NCBI GenBank assembly: GCA_046563655.1
Contig: CM102288.1
Coordinates: forward strand, 3,658,001 to 3,722,000
Direction of reading: 5' to 3'
Source of the DNA: Yuukianura sp. NJ FZ-2021
Lineage: Eukaryota
Length of the DNA: 64,000 bases
This document shows, piece after piece, positions 13,220 to 24,685 of this stretch (positions are counted from its first letter, which is position 1; each line of letters opens with the position of its first letter). The notes beneath the pieces were generated by a model. It did no database searches, had not been told where the DNA came from, and was given only the letters and a program-made list of their open reading frames with translations. Made by a program: the position numbers and the translations under genes.

Positions 13220-16200
13220 CTATTCATGGTCTTCGCCGCTTGGGCGTTTTGGAGCACCTTCGCTGGAATCTCCAGTTCCAGCGAATGCGGCCAAAGCTTC
13301 GTCTGCTTTGCGTTTCTTTTCTTCAAATTCTGCTTCTGCATCGACTCCCTCCTCCTCTCCTTCAACCGGGTAAAAACCGCGCGTAAAATCAAAAAAGTAG
13401 TCCAGACGACAACAACTTCCACGATCGATGCTGCGGAGAGTATAAGCAAATTGGAGCAATTGGAGATCCTCTTGGCGTTCCAGCTCTTCTTGCCGTTCCA
13501 GCTCCTCTTCCAGTGCAAATTTGTTCAACAGTGGATGCTGGAGTACTTGGATGAGGAGGCTGCAGTAGTCACGTGGTGCCTTGGCCTGGAGACGAAGTAG
13601 TTTCTTCTCCATGACATGCAAACGGGACAGCACACGCTGAAAACAGTCTTCATAATTTTCATTTTCAGACAACTTGGCTTCCAGTTCGGAACAACCTTGG
13701 ACAAGTATTCGCTTCAGTTGGATACTTTCCTGGAAAAAGATGTTGAAATTTTGAAAATTTGAAATTTTGGAATTTTGAACTTTGGAAATCTTACTTTGTA
13801 GTAACAGTCGGCAATGTACAGAGCTTTTCTTGTAATTCGATCCTTGGCGTCTTGCATAATTCGTTTTTTCAGCTCAATTTCTTCTTCTTTGTCTTCCGGT
13901 GCACCCCAGAGCATATACGGTGCGGTAAAATCGATATCGGTATCAGCATCTTCTTCCTCTTCCGAATCGTAAACCGGTTCCGGTGTGGATGCGGACTGAG
14001 CCGAACTCATCCTCGGTTCGTCCGAAACCGGAACTTCTTCGTTTTCTAACTTATGATGCCAGTCTTCCGTCAAACGCCCGGAAACGGTTTTGTAAACCTA
14101 GAACAACACAGGAATCAAAATTGACGCTCTAAAAATTTGAAATTTCTGTTTCTGTGCTAGATAAATTTGAAAATTTTACCTCTTCTTCAGCTTCCCGAAC
14201 AGATTCGATGATTCTCTGTTCGTCGTGTGTCACTTGACTCAAAATGAGACTCTTTTTGTAGTTGTTCAGCACAGGAGTGAAGGGGTCAATTTGAAATTCA
14301 ATACAATTTTCTGGAACGAATTTTATAACATCTTTTCGAATTTTTGAATTTTCGGGTTTGAAAAATTCCAAACTCGCTCTCGTGTAATTTTCATCTCCGT
14401 AGTGATACAGAATCCGGATTCTTCCCAAGGAAATGAGCAAGTGTCGCTCGGCTATGTCTGAAGAAGGATCTTTTGAGTGGTCGCGTTCATAATTTTCACG
14501 AATTTCCTAAAAATTTCGAAATTTTGAAAACGTTTCAAAGGTTTTTGAAAAAGTTTAGTACCAGTATAATCCGACTAGGACGCGTTTTTCCTCCTTTGCT
14601 CAGAAGCTTGAGTTCTTCGGTTTTGTTCAATTTGTCTTTGATCGTGATACACAAAACTTCGCCAAAAATTGTTTCGCGGTAAATGAGCCGGTCTTTTCGG
14701 TTTTCAAATTTTTCAATCAAGCCGTTTGGCAGGACCTGACGATACGAAACGTTTTCGGGGTGCCAACCGGAGTAGTAGTACAAGTGTCTTGGAGAATGTG
14801 CTTTGTTCTTTCCAGAAAAGAAGATGTGTTCTAAAAATTTAAAAAAGGAACTTCAAAATTTTGAAAAAAAAAAATTTTTTTTCGGTAAATTTTCCAACCT
14901 TTGAGAGCATCAGGTCGACCTTTGTCAAAAAACTCATGCGTGACACGTCCATTCGGAACGAACTTGCGCCGAATCAGTTTGTCTTGTCTCTTGTCAAAAC
15001 GTTCGTCAATCAGCTGGAGTTCCGAAGCCTTCCGGGAACTTCCGAGAAACTTTAGAACGCGTTGAACCAATCCGTCTGGTTGGGCGAACGGCGCAGCTCG
15101 TTCTACGACTGCGTCGTTGAAGTCATACGACTTTGTGCCATTAGGGAACTTCCTTTTGTATTCCGTTCGGGTAATGGATAAGTCAGCTGTCCAGGACACA
15201 GGCATGTCCAAGTACATTTCTGGAATGTGGATCTCTTCGGAGTCATCTTCGTCCAGAGAAAGCTTGGCTGCGACGACCGTGTCACCTTCGGACTTCTTCT
15301 TGTCCAAAATCGGTTCCTGGAGGAGTTTGGCCCAACACTCGTAATTCTCAAGGTCATAGTTCAAATCCTGTGGGGTAATGTTCATGTTAACCCAGATTTA
15401 GCCAGAACTTAAAAAAAGTTAATTTAGGTTGTTACCCCGACTCCAGTGGTACAGTCTTGTAAGTTGACCCAGAAATTCTTGTGGTTGAAAACCGTTTCGA
15501 TACCGAGAAACGCATCGTCCCAGAGATCGCGTCGCGTTCCGGTAAACGGTTCCAGGAAAAACGGTTCGTGGACGTCTCGGGTTCCCGGTAAAATCAAAAT
15601 CCAAGCATGAACTCTGTATCCTAACAAAATATCCCCGACGTCCTTCGGTTGCTCTTGCTAAAAAAACAAAAACAAATTTTTTTTTTCAAAATCGTGAAAA
15701 AAAAATTTCAAAATTTACCTCCGCTTTGGCCAATTCTTCAGCTTGAACTTTCTGTTCCGCTTCCAATCGTTTCACTTCTTCCCGATCGTGCATCATTTCT
15801 TCGTAAGCACTTACAAAGTGCTTCTTGAACGGCAATTTGTACTTCCCGGGTGACACTGGTCGAATGATTTCGTCTTCACTAAAACACAGATTGAGATAAA
15901 TTAACATAAATATAATATTATATTTGTATTAAAAATTTTACACAATATTTTATGAAAACGTAATCAAACAACTCTGTCTAACCGCATGAGCGATTCATCC
16001 TCCAAGTCCGACATGAGAAACGCCGGTCTTGGCGCTTTTTCAACAATGAGCTAAACAAAAATTTCAAAAAAATTGAAAATTTTTCGAAAAAATCGTTTTT
16101 GGGCCGAAATTTTTCTAAATTTTACTGGAGTCTCAAACGGATCTTTCTTGTCATCAAACAAATCATTGAAATCTTCAAGAGCACAGAGCGTCGTCACCTC

Positions 16201-17216
16201 CTTGGTAGCATATCCATGAACTAATTTCAAAAAACCATAATTTTCATCTTTCAAAATTTTCAGAAAATTTCACTTACCGACGTAGGCATTATATCCAGCT
16301 CCAATTAGACAAGTAGCAATGATAATTGAATGTTCAAAGCAATTTGCTTTTCGGTCTTTGATTACCGCCAAGTGAGATCGAACATGTTTTGGCTGCAAAA
16401 TTCAAAAAAATGTCAAAGGTCAAAGGTCAAAGTATTTGAAAATTCAAATTTTACCGGGTCAACTGAAGGTTGCAAAAAGTCGTTGTTGAAGAAGTCCTTG
16501 AAGTACTCTACACAGGATTCAGCGTAAAACAGTTGCGGATAAGGAAGGAGGCGTGGCTTGATATAAGTTGGCAGCAGTTTTTGAAATCCACATTCATTTG
16601 GCGCCGCGATGAACAAAGGTTTTCTATCGGGATATTTGAATTCGAATTGGCGCCGAAAATTCTCTGCGTGCCATGACACTCCCTTCTCCTTCGGTTTGTG
16701 ATGAAAGTACGACCGCGGATAGCCTTGAAATCTGTTCAAACACAACTTTGTTTTAAAAATTTCAAACGCAACTCTGTTTTAAAAACGTTTGTTCTAAATT
16801 TTTGAAACTTACTTCGCTTGAGCATTGTACACTTTTTCATTATGGGCATGAAAGTCTTCTGGCCAACAGAGTTTCACTTTGGACAAAAAGTTGGCCAAGT
16901 TCTGAACGTTTTCAAAATCCAAAACAGTGTCACGTTTCGACGAAAAGGCTTTCGGTGGTGGTTCTTCTTCTTCGGCCAACAGTTCAGCGCGAGTTTTTGG
17001 TTTCGGTCTTTTTGGTTCGACATCTTCGCCAGCCTCTTCTTCCTCAATAACATCTCTGTCGATATGCAACTCAGCCGCTTCAGCGTCAAATTCTGCTTCC
17101 GTTTCTTCTTCAGCTTCAGATGGACCTTCCAGCGATTCATCTTCATCGCTTCCAAGCACCTCGACTTCTTCCGACTCCAAATCCTTGCTGTTCCGAACGT
17201 TTTTTGAAAAAGACAT
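13220..17216 (-). CDS. DRC7: Dynein regulatory complex subunit 7 (CCDC135 / lost boys)
   Basis: Multi-exon. Motifs: FRRQFEFKYPDRKPLFIAAPNECG, ANCFEH..CLIGAGYNAYV, HAWILILPGTRDVHEPFFLEPFTG, FLGIETVFNHKNFWVNLQ, YLDMPVSW, RIRILYHYG and a C-terminal coiled coil. Acidic N-terminus. Confidence 0.9.
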
Positions 17217-17319
17217 GGTCGGTTCAATTCAGGTTCAACAGCAGATCAGCGATTTGCCGGCCTCTCGACTGAGACTGATTGAGTTAAAACTTTTGTTGAA
17301 TCAATAACCATGTTCCGCG

Positions 17320-17332
17320 GGTGCTAAGCAAC
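17320..17332. promoter_or_regulatory. Candidate RFX X-box upstream of DRC7
   Basis: GGTGCTAAGCAAC (reverse complement GTTGCTTAGCACC), ~105 bp upstream of the DRC7 ATG. One mismatch to the GTTGCY-N-RGCAAC consensus. Confidence 0.4.
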
Positions 17333-17406
17333 GATTCGAAACAAAAATTTTCTGAAGGAATGAAAATATTTCTGAGAATGAAAAAGTGTTTTCGGAAATA
17401 TTTTAT

Positions 17407-20343
17407 TTAGGAAGCATCAAAGAAAGTGTCGATCAGATTTGCAATTGTTTCTGGTGTATTTTTGACGTATTTGTCCACATTTTTGGTAAAAGGGACATGA
17501 GCATACTTGTCATAAAATTCCTTGTACTTGGAACAAATATTGTTCCGACTTTCGTAGCGTAGAGTTGCTCGAAGTTCTGGATCAGGAACAGCGTAACCCT
17601 GCTGGACACGACAAATCTCCTCTAGCTCCCGATTAAATCCCTAATGCAAAAAAATACACATGCAATTTTTCGAAAAAGTGTTAAATGTTTATTTAAAAAA
17701 AACACAAACTCACCGCGAATTTGTCTTTGATGACTTGCTTGTCCTTGTCTCGCAACTTCCCTGCCTTCAAAATGGCAACTGGAATGTCATCAGAACCAAA
17801 CAGTTTGTCTTCCACTTTTTTCCAACTGAAAACAAAGCAAACCAAATCTCAAACAATTCGTTAATTACTTCGTCAGTTAGTTAATTACGTCGTGTGAAGA
17901 TACGCCTTCTTTTGATCGTCCATCATGTCGATATAGTTTTGCTGACACTCAGGCTCCTTCGTCTTCAGAAGATCCAACAATACCGAGCTTTGCAGCGATT
18001 TTAAAATGTAGCAGGCATTGTTCAGTCTGAAAATCGCTTTGATGGAGTGGTCGTAGTACAAATCGCTGCAAGTCACCAGCGTTAAATTCAACTGCGTCAG
18101 AACACGACCTGAAAAAAATGGGAGTGCTGCAACAAACAGAATGTCAAGTAGTTTGCGAACTCAACGGTGACTTACGTATGTAAGATCCAAGCAGTGAATT
18201 TTTGGAAGCCTCGTCCAAGTGCTTTGTTGTGTTTGTCGGAACTGGATTGTAGCTTGGGTCCAGTGCTAGTGTGTTGGCCACTGTCTCTGTGTACTCCGTC
18301 AAATGTTCCAGAAACATCAAAACATTGCTAGTTACTTCGTGTACTGTTCCGTCCTTTGGTAGTTGTGACGTTTGCTCGTTCCGAATATTTTCAATGAATT
18401 CTTCCAAGGCCTTGACTCCCTGAAAAGAAACGAGAACTTGGTGTACAAAGTTTTTTGGAAAGATTTTCAAAAATTTTGAAACCAACGTTATTCTGAAACG
18501 TTTTGAGAAGCGTCGTAAGTTTATTAGCTCTTGTAGACGCAAAAGAGCCAACAAATATTTCATCGAATCCTGGTTGCAGCGTTTGGAGGCACTTGATGAT
18601 TGGAAAAATAGTAATGATGGCGGTGTACTCGTGTCGTCCAATGCTGCGTTTTATTCTCGCTGCGATGTTCTAGAAAAACGTTTCGCAATTAACTTGACTG
18701 TGTTTAGAAAATTAGGTTCAGAACTCACATCACCATCACTGAAAAGCAACTCAAAGCTATCACGTGAAATAATTTCAAATATTTTTTGACGATGCTGCAT
18801 CGGAATGACTCCTAGCATCAACTGTGATTCGATTTGCATCAGTTTCAGCATCGCGGTGGACAATATTAGAAAGTGCTCACTTTCACGATCGCTGACACCA
18901 GAGTCCTCGCGTACATCTGTAAACATGATAAACAGCATCATACAAGATTGTTCATCCAGCATCCAATACAATTGTTGAATATTCAAGTGAAACAATTATT
19001 GTTTCACTTACCAGATTTTCGACTTCCGACGCCAGAATACACCGAAGCCTTATGCAGCATTTTTGAAGCTCTCTTTTCTATTGCATGTTGCAGTCGATGC
19101 TTTTTGGAAACAGTATCACTTCCATGTCGGAACTTGTTACGCTGGAAATCATTAGAAACCACAACGAAATTAAGCGAAATCCAATTTTTCGTAGGATATT
19201 CTGCTTACAACCGCTGGCGAGGATGGACTCGCGTAGAGTGAAGACGCAACTGAAGGAGAGGCCATTGTGAGACTGCTGGCTTTTTGATAGTCTTTTAGTC
19301 CTTGGATAGAACGTAATAAAATACTGGCTCTGATTGAAGCGTAAACGTTCATGTAAGCATCGTAGTTGTGAAACATAAGCCACTCTGAAAAAAGAGAGCA
19401 AAATATTGTACAAATACTGTCAAATTCAAATTAACAGCTTATTCTGAAATTTACCTGCGATTCGCTTTAAATCCGATTGGACGTGCTCGGGAATGCTTAC
19501 ACTGGAACTCTCTTCCGTTCCTTGATCTTAGTAGGAAAAAAATGGCAAGTAGTTAAACCAATTGATCGTTTATACCTATACCTCCCGATTTCTGCGATTT
19601 TCGTGCAGTCTTCGATGCGTCTCACCTTCTTCAATCATTTCCAGAATAGCCACAGCTGGAAGAACTTTGGAGTGGCGTGTAAGCAGTTCACGAAATTCTT
19701 TGTTCAGAATATCCCCTCCGGTGTTCTGCAGGTCAAGCTGGAGAAGCAAAAAAAAAGTTTTAAACATCTTGAGAATTTACTTTGAAGTTTGAACGGCTTA
19801 CCAGATTTTCCAATTCAACAGATTGTGAGTTGTTTTTTTGAAAGTGCTTGACGGACTTTTCGATTCGGCTGATTGCCGCCATGTACTCATCTAAGGACAC
19901 TGATGTTGGTCCATTCCTGATCAAGATTCCAACCTCCTTGCTCACATTGTAGTAACCAATTACATCATCGAGCAACTTCAGGCACTTTTCAACATCTAAA
20001 AAGAGTTTGACACAAAAATTTAAAAATCTGAACAATTACAACTGGGTAATCGTTTAAAATAAATGAATCACTCTGTTGCTTGCGTCGGAGAGCCTCAGTT
20101 TCATGATACACTGGGAGAATTGTATCCTGCAATCGTCCTATTCTGCTTTCAAAGGAATTGAGAATCCCAACTAAATTGGTAGTAATCTGTTCATTTCGCT
20201 TTCCAGCTTCACGAAGCACTGCTAATCCACTTTCAATCTGTCCAAAAAAAAAAGAGAAATTAATCGATTAAATCGAAAAATACAAGACTAATTAAATCAA
20301 TTAAACTATTTAATCAGTTTACCTGTTCCAACTTCTCCACCAT
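17407..20343 (-). CDS. Exo70: Exocyst complex component 7
   Basis: Motifs: ILNSFESRIGRLQDTILPVYHETEAL, LPKDGTVHEVTSNV, AIFRLNNACYILKSL and C-terminal VPFTKNVDKYVK..FDAS* (TAA at 17407-17409). The start is taken as MVEKLEQ at 20343 and is uncertain. Confidence 0.92.
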
Positions 20344-20703
20344 TGCTTTCAGCAACAACTCATCCAGGGATACCAATCAATCCGTATATCGGTGTTTTGA
20401 CTCTTTCATGTACCCTGCAATGAAATATGTGTCAAAATGTTAATTAAAATTGATTATTAATTGACAAATTACCATTACTTAGGAATTGACAGACAGCTGA
20501 TTGACGCTGACTTTGAGATCAAAATTAAAAACGCCTTCAAAATTCATGACTTTCCCTCTCTTTCTCTTTGACTTTCTCACTGTCTAAATATCCTTATCAA
20601 CTTCAAATTAAGACGCGGAAAAATTCGCATTCCGCAACGTTTTTATTGCAATGTTTTTAATTGGTTAAAGTTTTTAATTGGTTTAATTCATCAAGCTCTG
20701 ATT

Positions 20704-21888
20704 TTAGCAAACATTGGAGTCAACAGGAAGGGAAGGCCCTTGAACGAAGCACTGCTGCGGTCGTGCCTTTGTACATGAATCCGGTACTGTCGGATCTGAT
20801 TCGAAGATGGGATATCCCGGAATGGCTACCGAATTCGGTTCATGTTTCAGCGGTGGACCTCCACCGGGCATTCCAGCTGGATACAAGTTTTGTAACGGTT
20901 CATAGGATTTCAAAGTGTGCTGCGGAACAAGTGTCGGGAAGCGATTAGCGTTGGAGTTCAAGTGGCAACTGCAGGAACATGCACAGGGGTCACACCGCAC
21001 TTTGAAACGACATTCGTCACAAATTCCTTCTTTTGGAACCAACGACATGTCTTCAGTTTCACGACGGATACATCTGAACAATAGGAGAATATTAAAAATT
21101 TTGGCGCGAAAATCAAACATTATCGTTTAAAAAACGTATCACTCACTTTGGCGAAGCATAACGACAAAGAACGTAGTCGTTCGGGTAGGATCTCGGAACG
21201 AAATGACGACGGTATGTTGTGTCCATTTGGTAAGTGTGCCAGTCGTTCGGAACCAACGGCAACTGAGGTGCTTGACGAAATCCAAATTGTGTCAAATTGC
21301 CCTGAAAATTTCAAAAAGTTTGAAAATGTTAACAAAATTTTGAAATTTTAGATGCCAAGGAATTCCGATTATTACAAATTCTAGAGCATTGTCCGGTTCC
21401 GGTTTCCAAACACTGCCCATAATCAAGTTCCAGCGACGAAACGGTTTCGGTTTACATCCAGCTCGTCGTACTTCCCAGTTGTGCATGAGGTCATAGGTCG
21501 TCATGTAGTTTTCCATGTAGTCGCATGCATTAGCACCAATTAACAGTCGATTGCCGACCCCAGCGACCTTTGACCTCAGTTCGTATTGTTTTGGCGGAAC
21601 GCAAATATCTTTTGCGTAAGCTTCTGCGTGGTGCGGCAAGAAGTCCGTTCTGTAAATACTGTGCCCAGTACATCTTGTACATTCTTGCTTGTACTGCCGC
21701 CGATCTTCAAACCAGTTGTGGACCAAGACCTACAAAACAACAAAGGTCAAAGGTCATTTCCAAAAAGGACCAAAGAAGTGGTGGCGTCTTACTCTCGTGT
21801 TGTAGGGATTCTCAACATTTTTCAGTTCCGAACTACATGCTGGAAGTATTCCCGAACAATAATTGAATTCCCCAGTTGCTGGCAACAT
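20704..21888 (-). CDS. CFAP107: CFAP107/C1orf158-like ciliary microtubule-inner protein
   Basis: Exons 21888-21793, 21729-21376, 21301-21147, 21073-20704. YNTRVLVHNWFEDRR, SIYRTDFLP, YMTTYD, RRWN..WKPEPD, NLTQFG and DTTYRRHF run colinear with remembered C1orf158 motifs (YSTKVLTGNWMEERR, SIYRKEYIP, ISTYD, RTWN..WLPEKSD). Extra Cys-rich C-terminal tail. Confidence 0.7.
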
Positions 21889-22222
21889 TTTTGAACGATT
21901 TCAGAAAAAAATGGACACCAACTTTTCGATAATCAGGAACCAAATAGGTTCGTTCATCAAAGGTGAACAAAATTTTTTGTTTACAAATCTTTCGTTGTTA
22001 TTGATATGCGTTGCCATGTGTTTTGAATGGAAAGTCTTAAAAAGGTCAAAGGTCAACCAGTTGACATTTTCAGGTTTCGACATCCAATTCCATTGCACAT
22101 AATCGGCTAATCCTCCACTGGTGCTAATGTTGCAAAAATGTTGAGCAACATCGTCATCTGTGCTATCAGCTGATCCGAAAAAAGATCAAAAAGAATTTTC
22201 CAATTTTTAATTTAAAAAAACG

Positions 22223-24294
22223 ATGTTTCTTGCAAATTTTTTAAAAAATGTTGTGCCAAATGTGTCTTTGGTGAGTCTGAGACGCTATTGTTCTTCGTCG
22301 GCAAACCAAGTAGAACTGACGAGCATTCGATACAAAGGTCATGTTGATCGCGGTGACTTCGCCACGGTCACGGACTCTGACATTGGTGTCTTCGAAGGAA
22401 TTCTGGGGAAAGGACGAGTAGTCACTGACACAAGTGATTTGGAGCTCAACAATGTCGACTGGATGCACAGCGTAAGAGGTAATAAATCTCCATCGATTAA
22501 TAATTGACTACTGATTTAGCTTATAATGTTTTTGGAAATACTTTCAGGTGCTAGTCGTCTACTGCTCAAACCAAAGACAACCGAAGAAGTTAGCAGGATA
22601 ATGAAACATTGTAATGACAGAAAACTGGCAGTATGTCCACAGGGCGGAAATACTGGACTGGTCGGCGGCAGTGTTCCAGTATTCGACGAAATCGTTCTCT
22701 CAACTTCCCTAATGGACCAAATAATTAGTTTGAACGAGTGGTCAGGTTGGGATTTAACCTTGAAGCCGTAATTAAAAGCCATAATTCAAGCTCAATTAAT
22801 CAATTACTTTTAATTTTACAGATTTGTTGGTGTGTCAAGCTGGTTGTGTTCTGGAGAGGCTGAATGACTATTTAGTAGACCGGGATTTGATCATGCCTTT
22901 GGATCTGGGTGCAAAGGGGTCGTGTCAAATTGGCGGCAATGTTTCTACAAATGCTGGAGGGTTACGGCTTATACGGTACGGCAGTTTACATTCCAGAATC
23001 CTTGGAGTTGAAGCAGTAAGGCAATTGCCATTGATTCATTGAGTGTTAGTTGATTTTTTGGTAACTTTAATTAACTCAACTAGGTTTTGGCAGACGGGAC
23101 GATTCTGGATTGTATGACGGACAATGTCAAGGACAACACTGGATATGACTTGAAGCATTTATTCATCGGTTCGGAGGGAACACTAGGTAAAATCAACGCT
23201 ATGTAACTGAAATATCTACTTAGTAACCAGCGCAATTTCTACAAATATTGTTCAAAATTATCCATCGTCCATCCGTGATCAAAGGAATCGTTACAAAGGT
23301 TGGAATCCACTGTCCCACGAAACCGAAATCCACAAGTTTGGCGTTTCTCGGTTAGAATTATATGAATTTGACTAATTTTTTGAGAATTTTTGAATCAGTG
23401 CTTAAATTTTGATTGGAATTCTGAAAGGATTGAATAACTACGATAATGTGCTGAAGACAATGAAGAAAGCCAAGAAAGACCTAAGCGAAATCCTGTCATC
23501 GCTGGAGTATATTGACTCCGCCTCCATGGAAAGTGTCAACAAGTACCTGCACTTGAAAGCCCCCATCGCTGATTTTCCATTTTACATGTTAATCGAGTGC
23601 TCTGGGTCCAACGAAGGACATGACCAAGAAAAACTCAATACCTTTCTGGAAGACGTCATGGATCAAGGAGATATAGCCGATGGAACAGTAGCAGCTGACT
23701 CGCAACAAACGATCGTAAGTTTCCAAAACTTTTGAATCCCAAAATTACATTTTTTTTAAAAAGATGTTACTGAAAATTGGGTTTTTGATTTAGAAAATTT
23801 GGCAGATTCGAGAAGGTATAGCTGAAGCTCTACTGCTTCAAGGGTACCTCTACACGTACGACTTTTCTGTTCCAGTTGTCAATTTCGACGATTTCGTTCA
23901 AGCCGTCCGGAAACGCCTTGACTACAAGGGAATTTCACATCATAGTTGTGGCTTTGGTCATCTCGGTAAGAATTCGAAATTTGAATTGGAAATTCTTCAA
24001 AAATCTACCAAGCAAAAAAATCAAAGTTTTGGAATTTCAGGAGATTCCAACATTCATCTGAACATTGTCATACCGCAGTACGATCCGAAGGTTACTGCTC
24101 TCCTGGAACCGTTTGTTTTTGATTGGGTACGAGCACATCGCGGAAGTGTGAGTGCCGAACATGGCCTTGGATTCAAAAAACGAAATTACATTTCATTTTC
24201 AAAATCTCCTGAATCCGTTGAAATTATGAAAAAAATCAAGACGTTATTCGATCCTAAAGGAATTTTAAATCCGTACAAAGTCGTGCCTCAATAA
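22223..24294 (+). CDS. D2HGDH: D-2-hydroxyglutarate dehydrogenase-like, mitochondrial (copy 1, active-site variant)
   Basis: Mitochondrial-type presequence. Motifs: [94 protein letters not shown]. Intact GT-AG exons. Confidence 0.93.
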
Positions 24295-24685
24295 TCATCA
24301 AAGTCGAAGCTGAATTAATCCCCTCTTTTAAAAAACAATGGTTTCATGCAGATTCCTCAGCGTTGATTTTATAAATAACGAAAATTATTCGGAATACACG
24401 GAACCAATTTGCAATTTCTATAATTCAGAAGTAATTAATTAAAGTAATTTAACTAATTAATAGTCAACGAGTTTTTCTTATTGATTTCCTTTGCCATGTG
24501 TTTTGAAAGAAAAAGTTAAAAAGGTCAAAGGTCAACCAGTTGACAGTTTCAGGTTTCGACTCCTCTACTTTAGTAGTACTAATGTTGCAAGGAATTCCAA
24601 GGTGAGCATCAGTCTCATATTATCAGCTGATCCGAAAAATTTAGGTAGATCAAAAAGAATTCTCCAATTTTTAATTTTAAAAACT

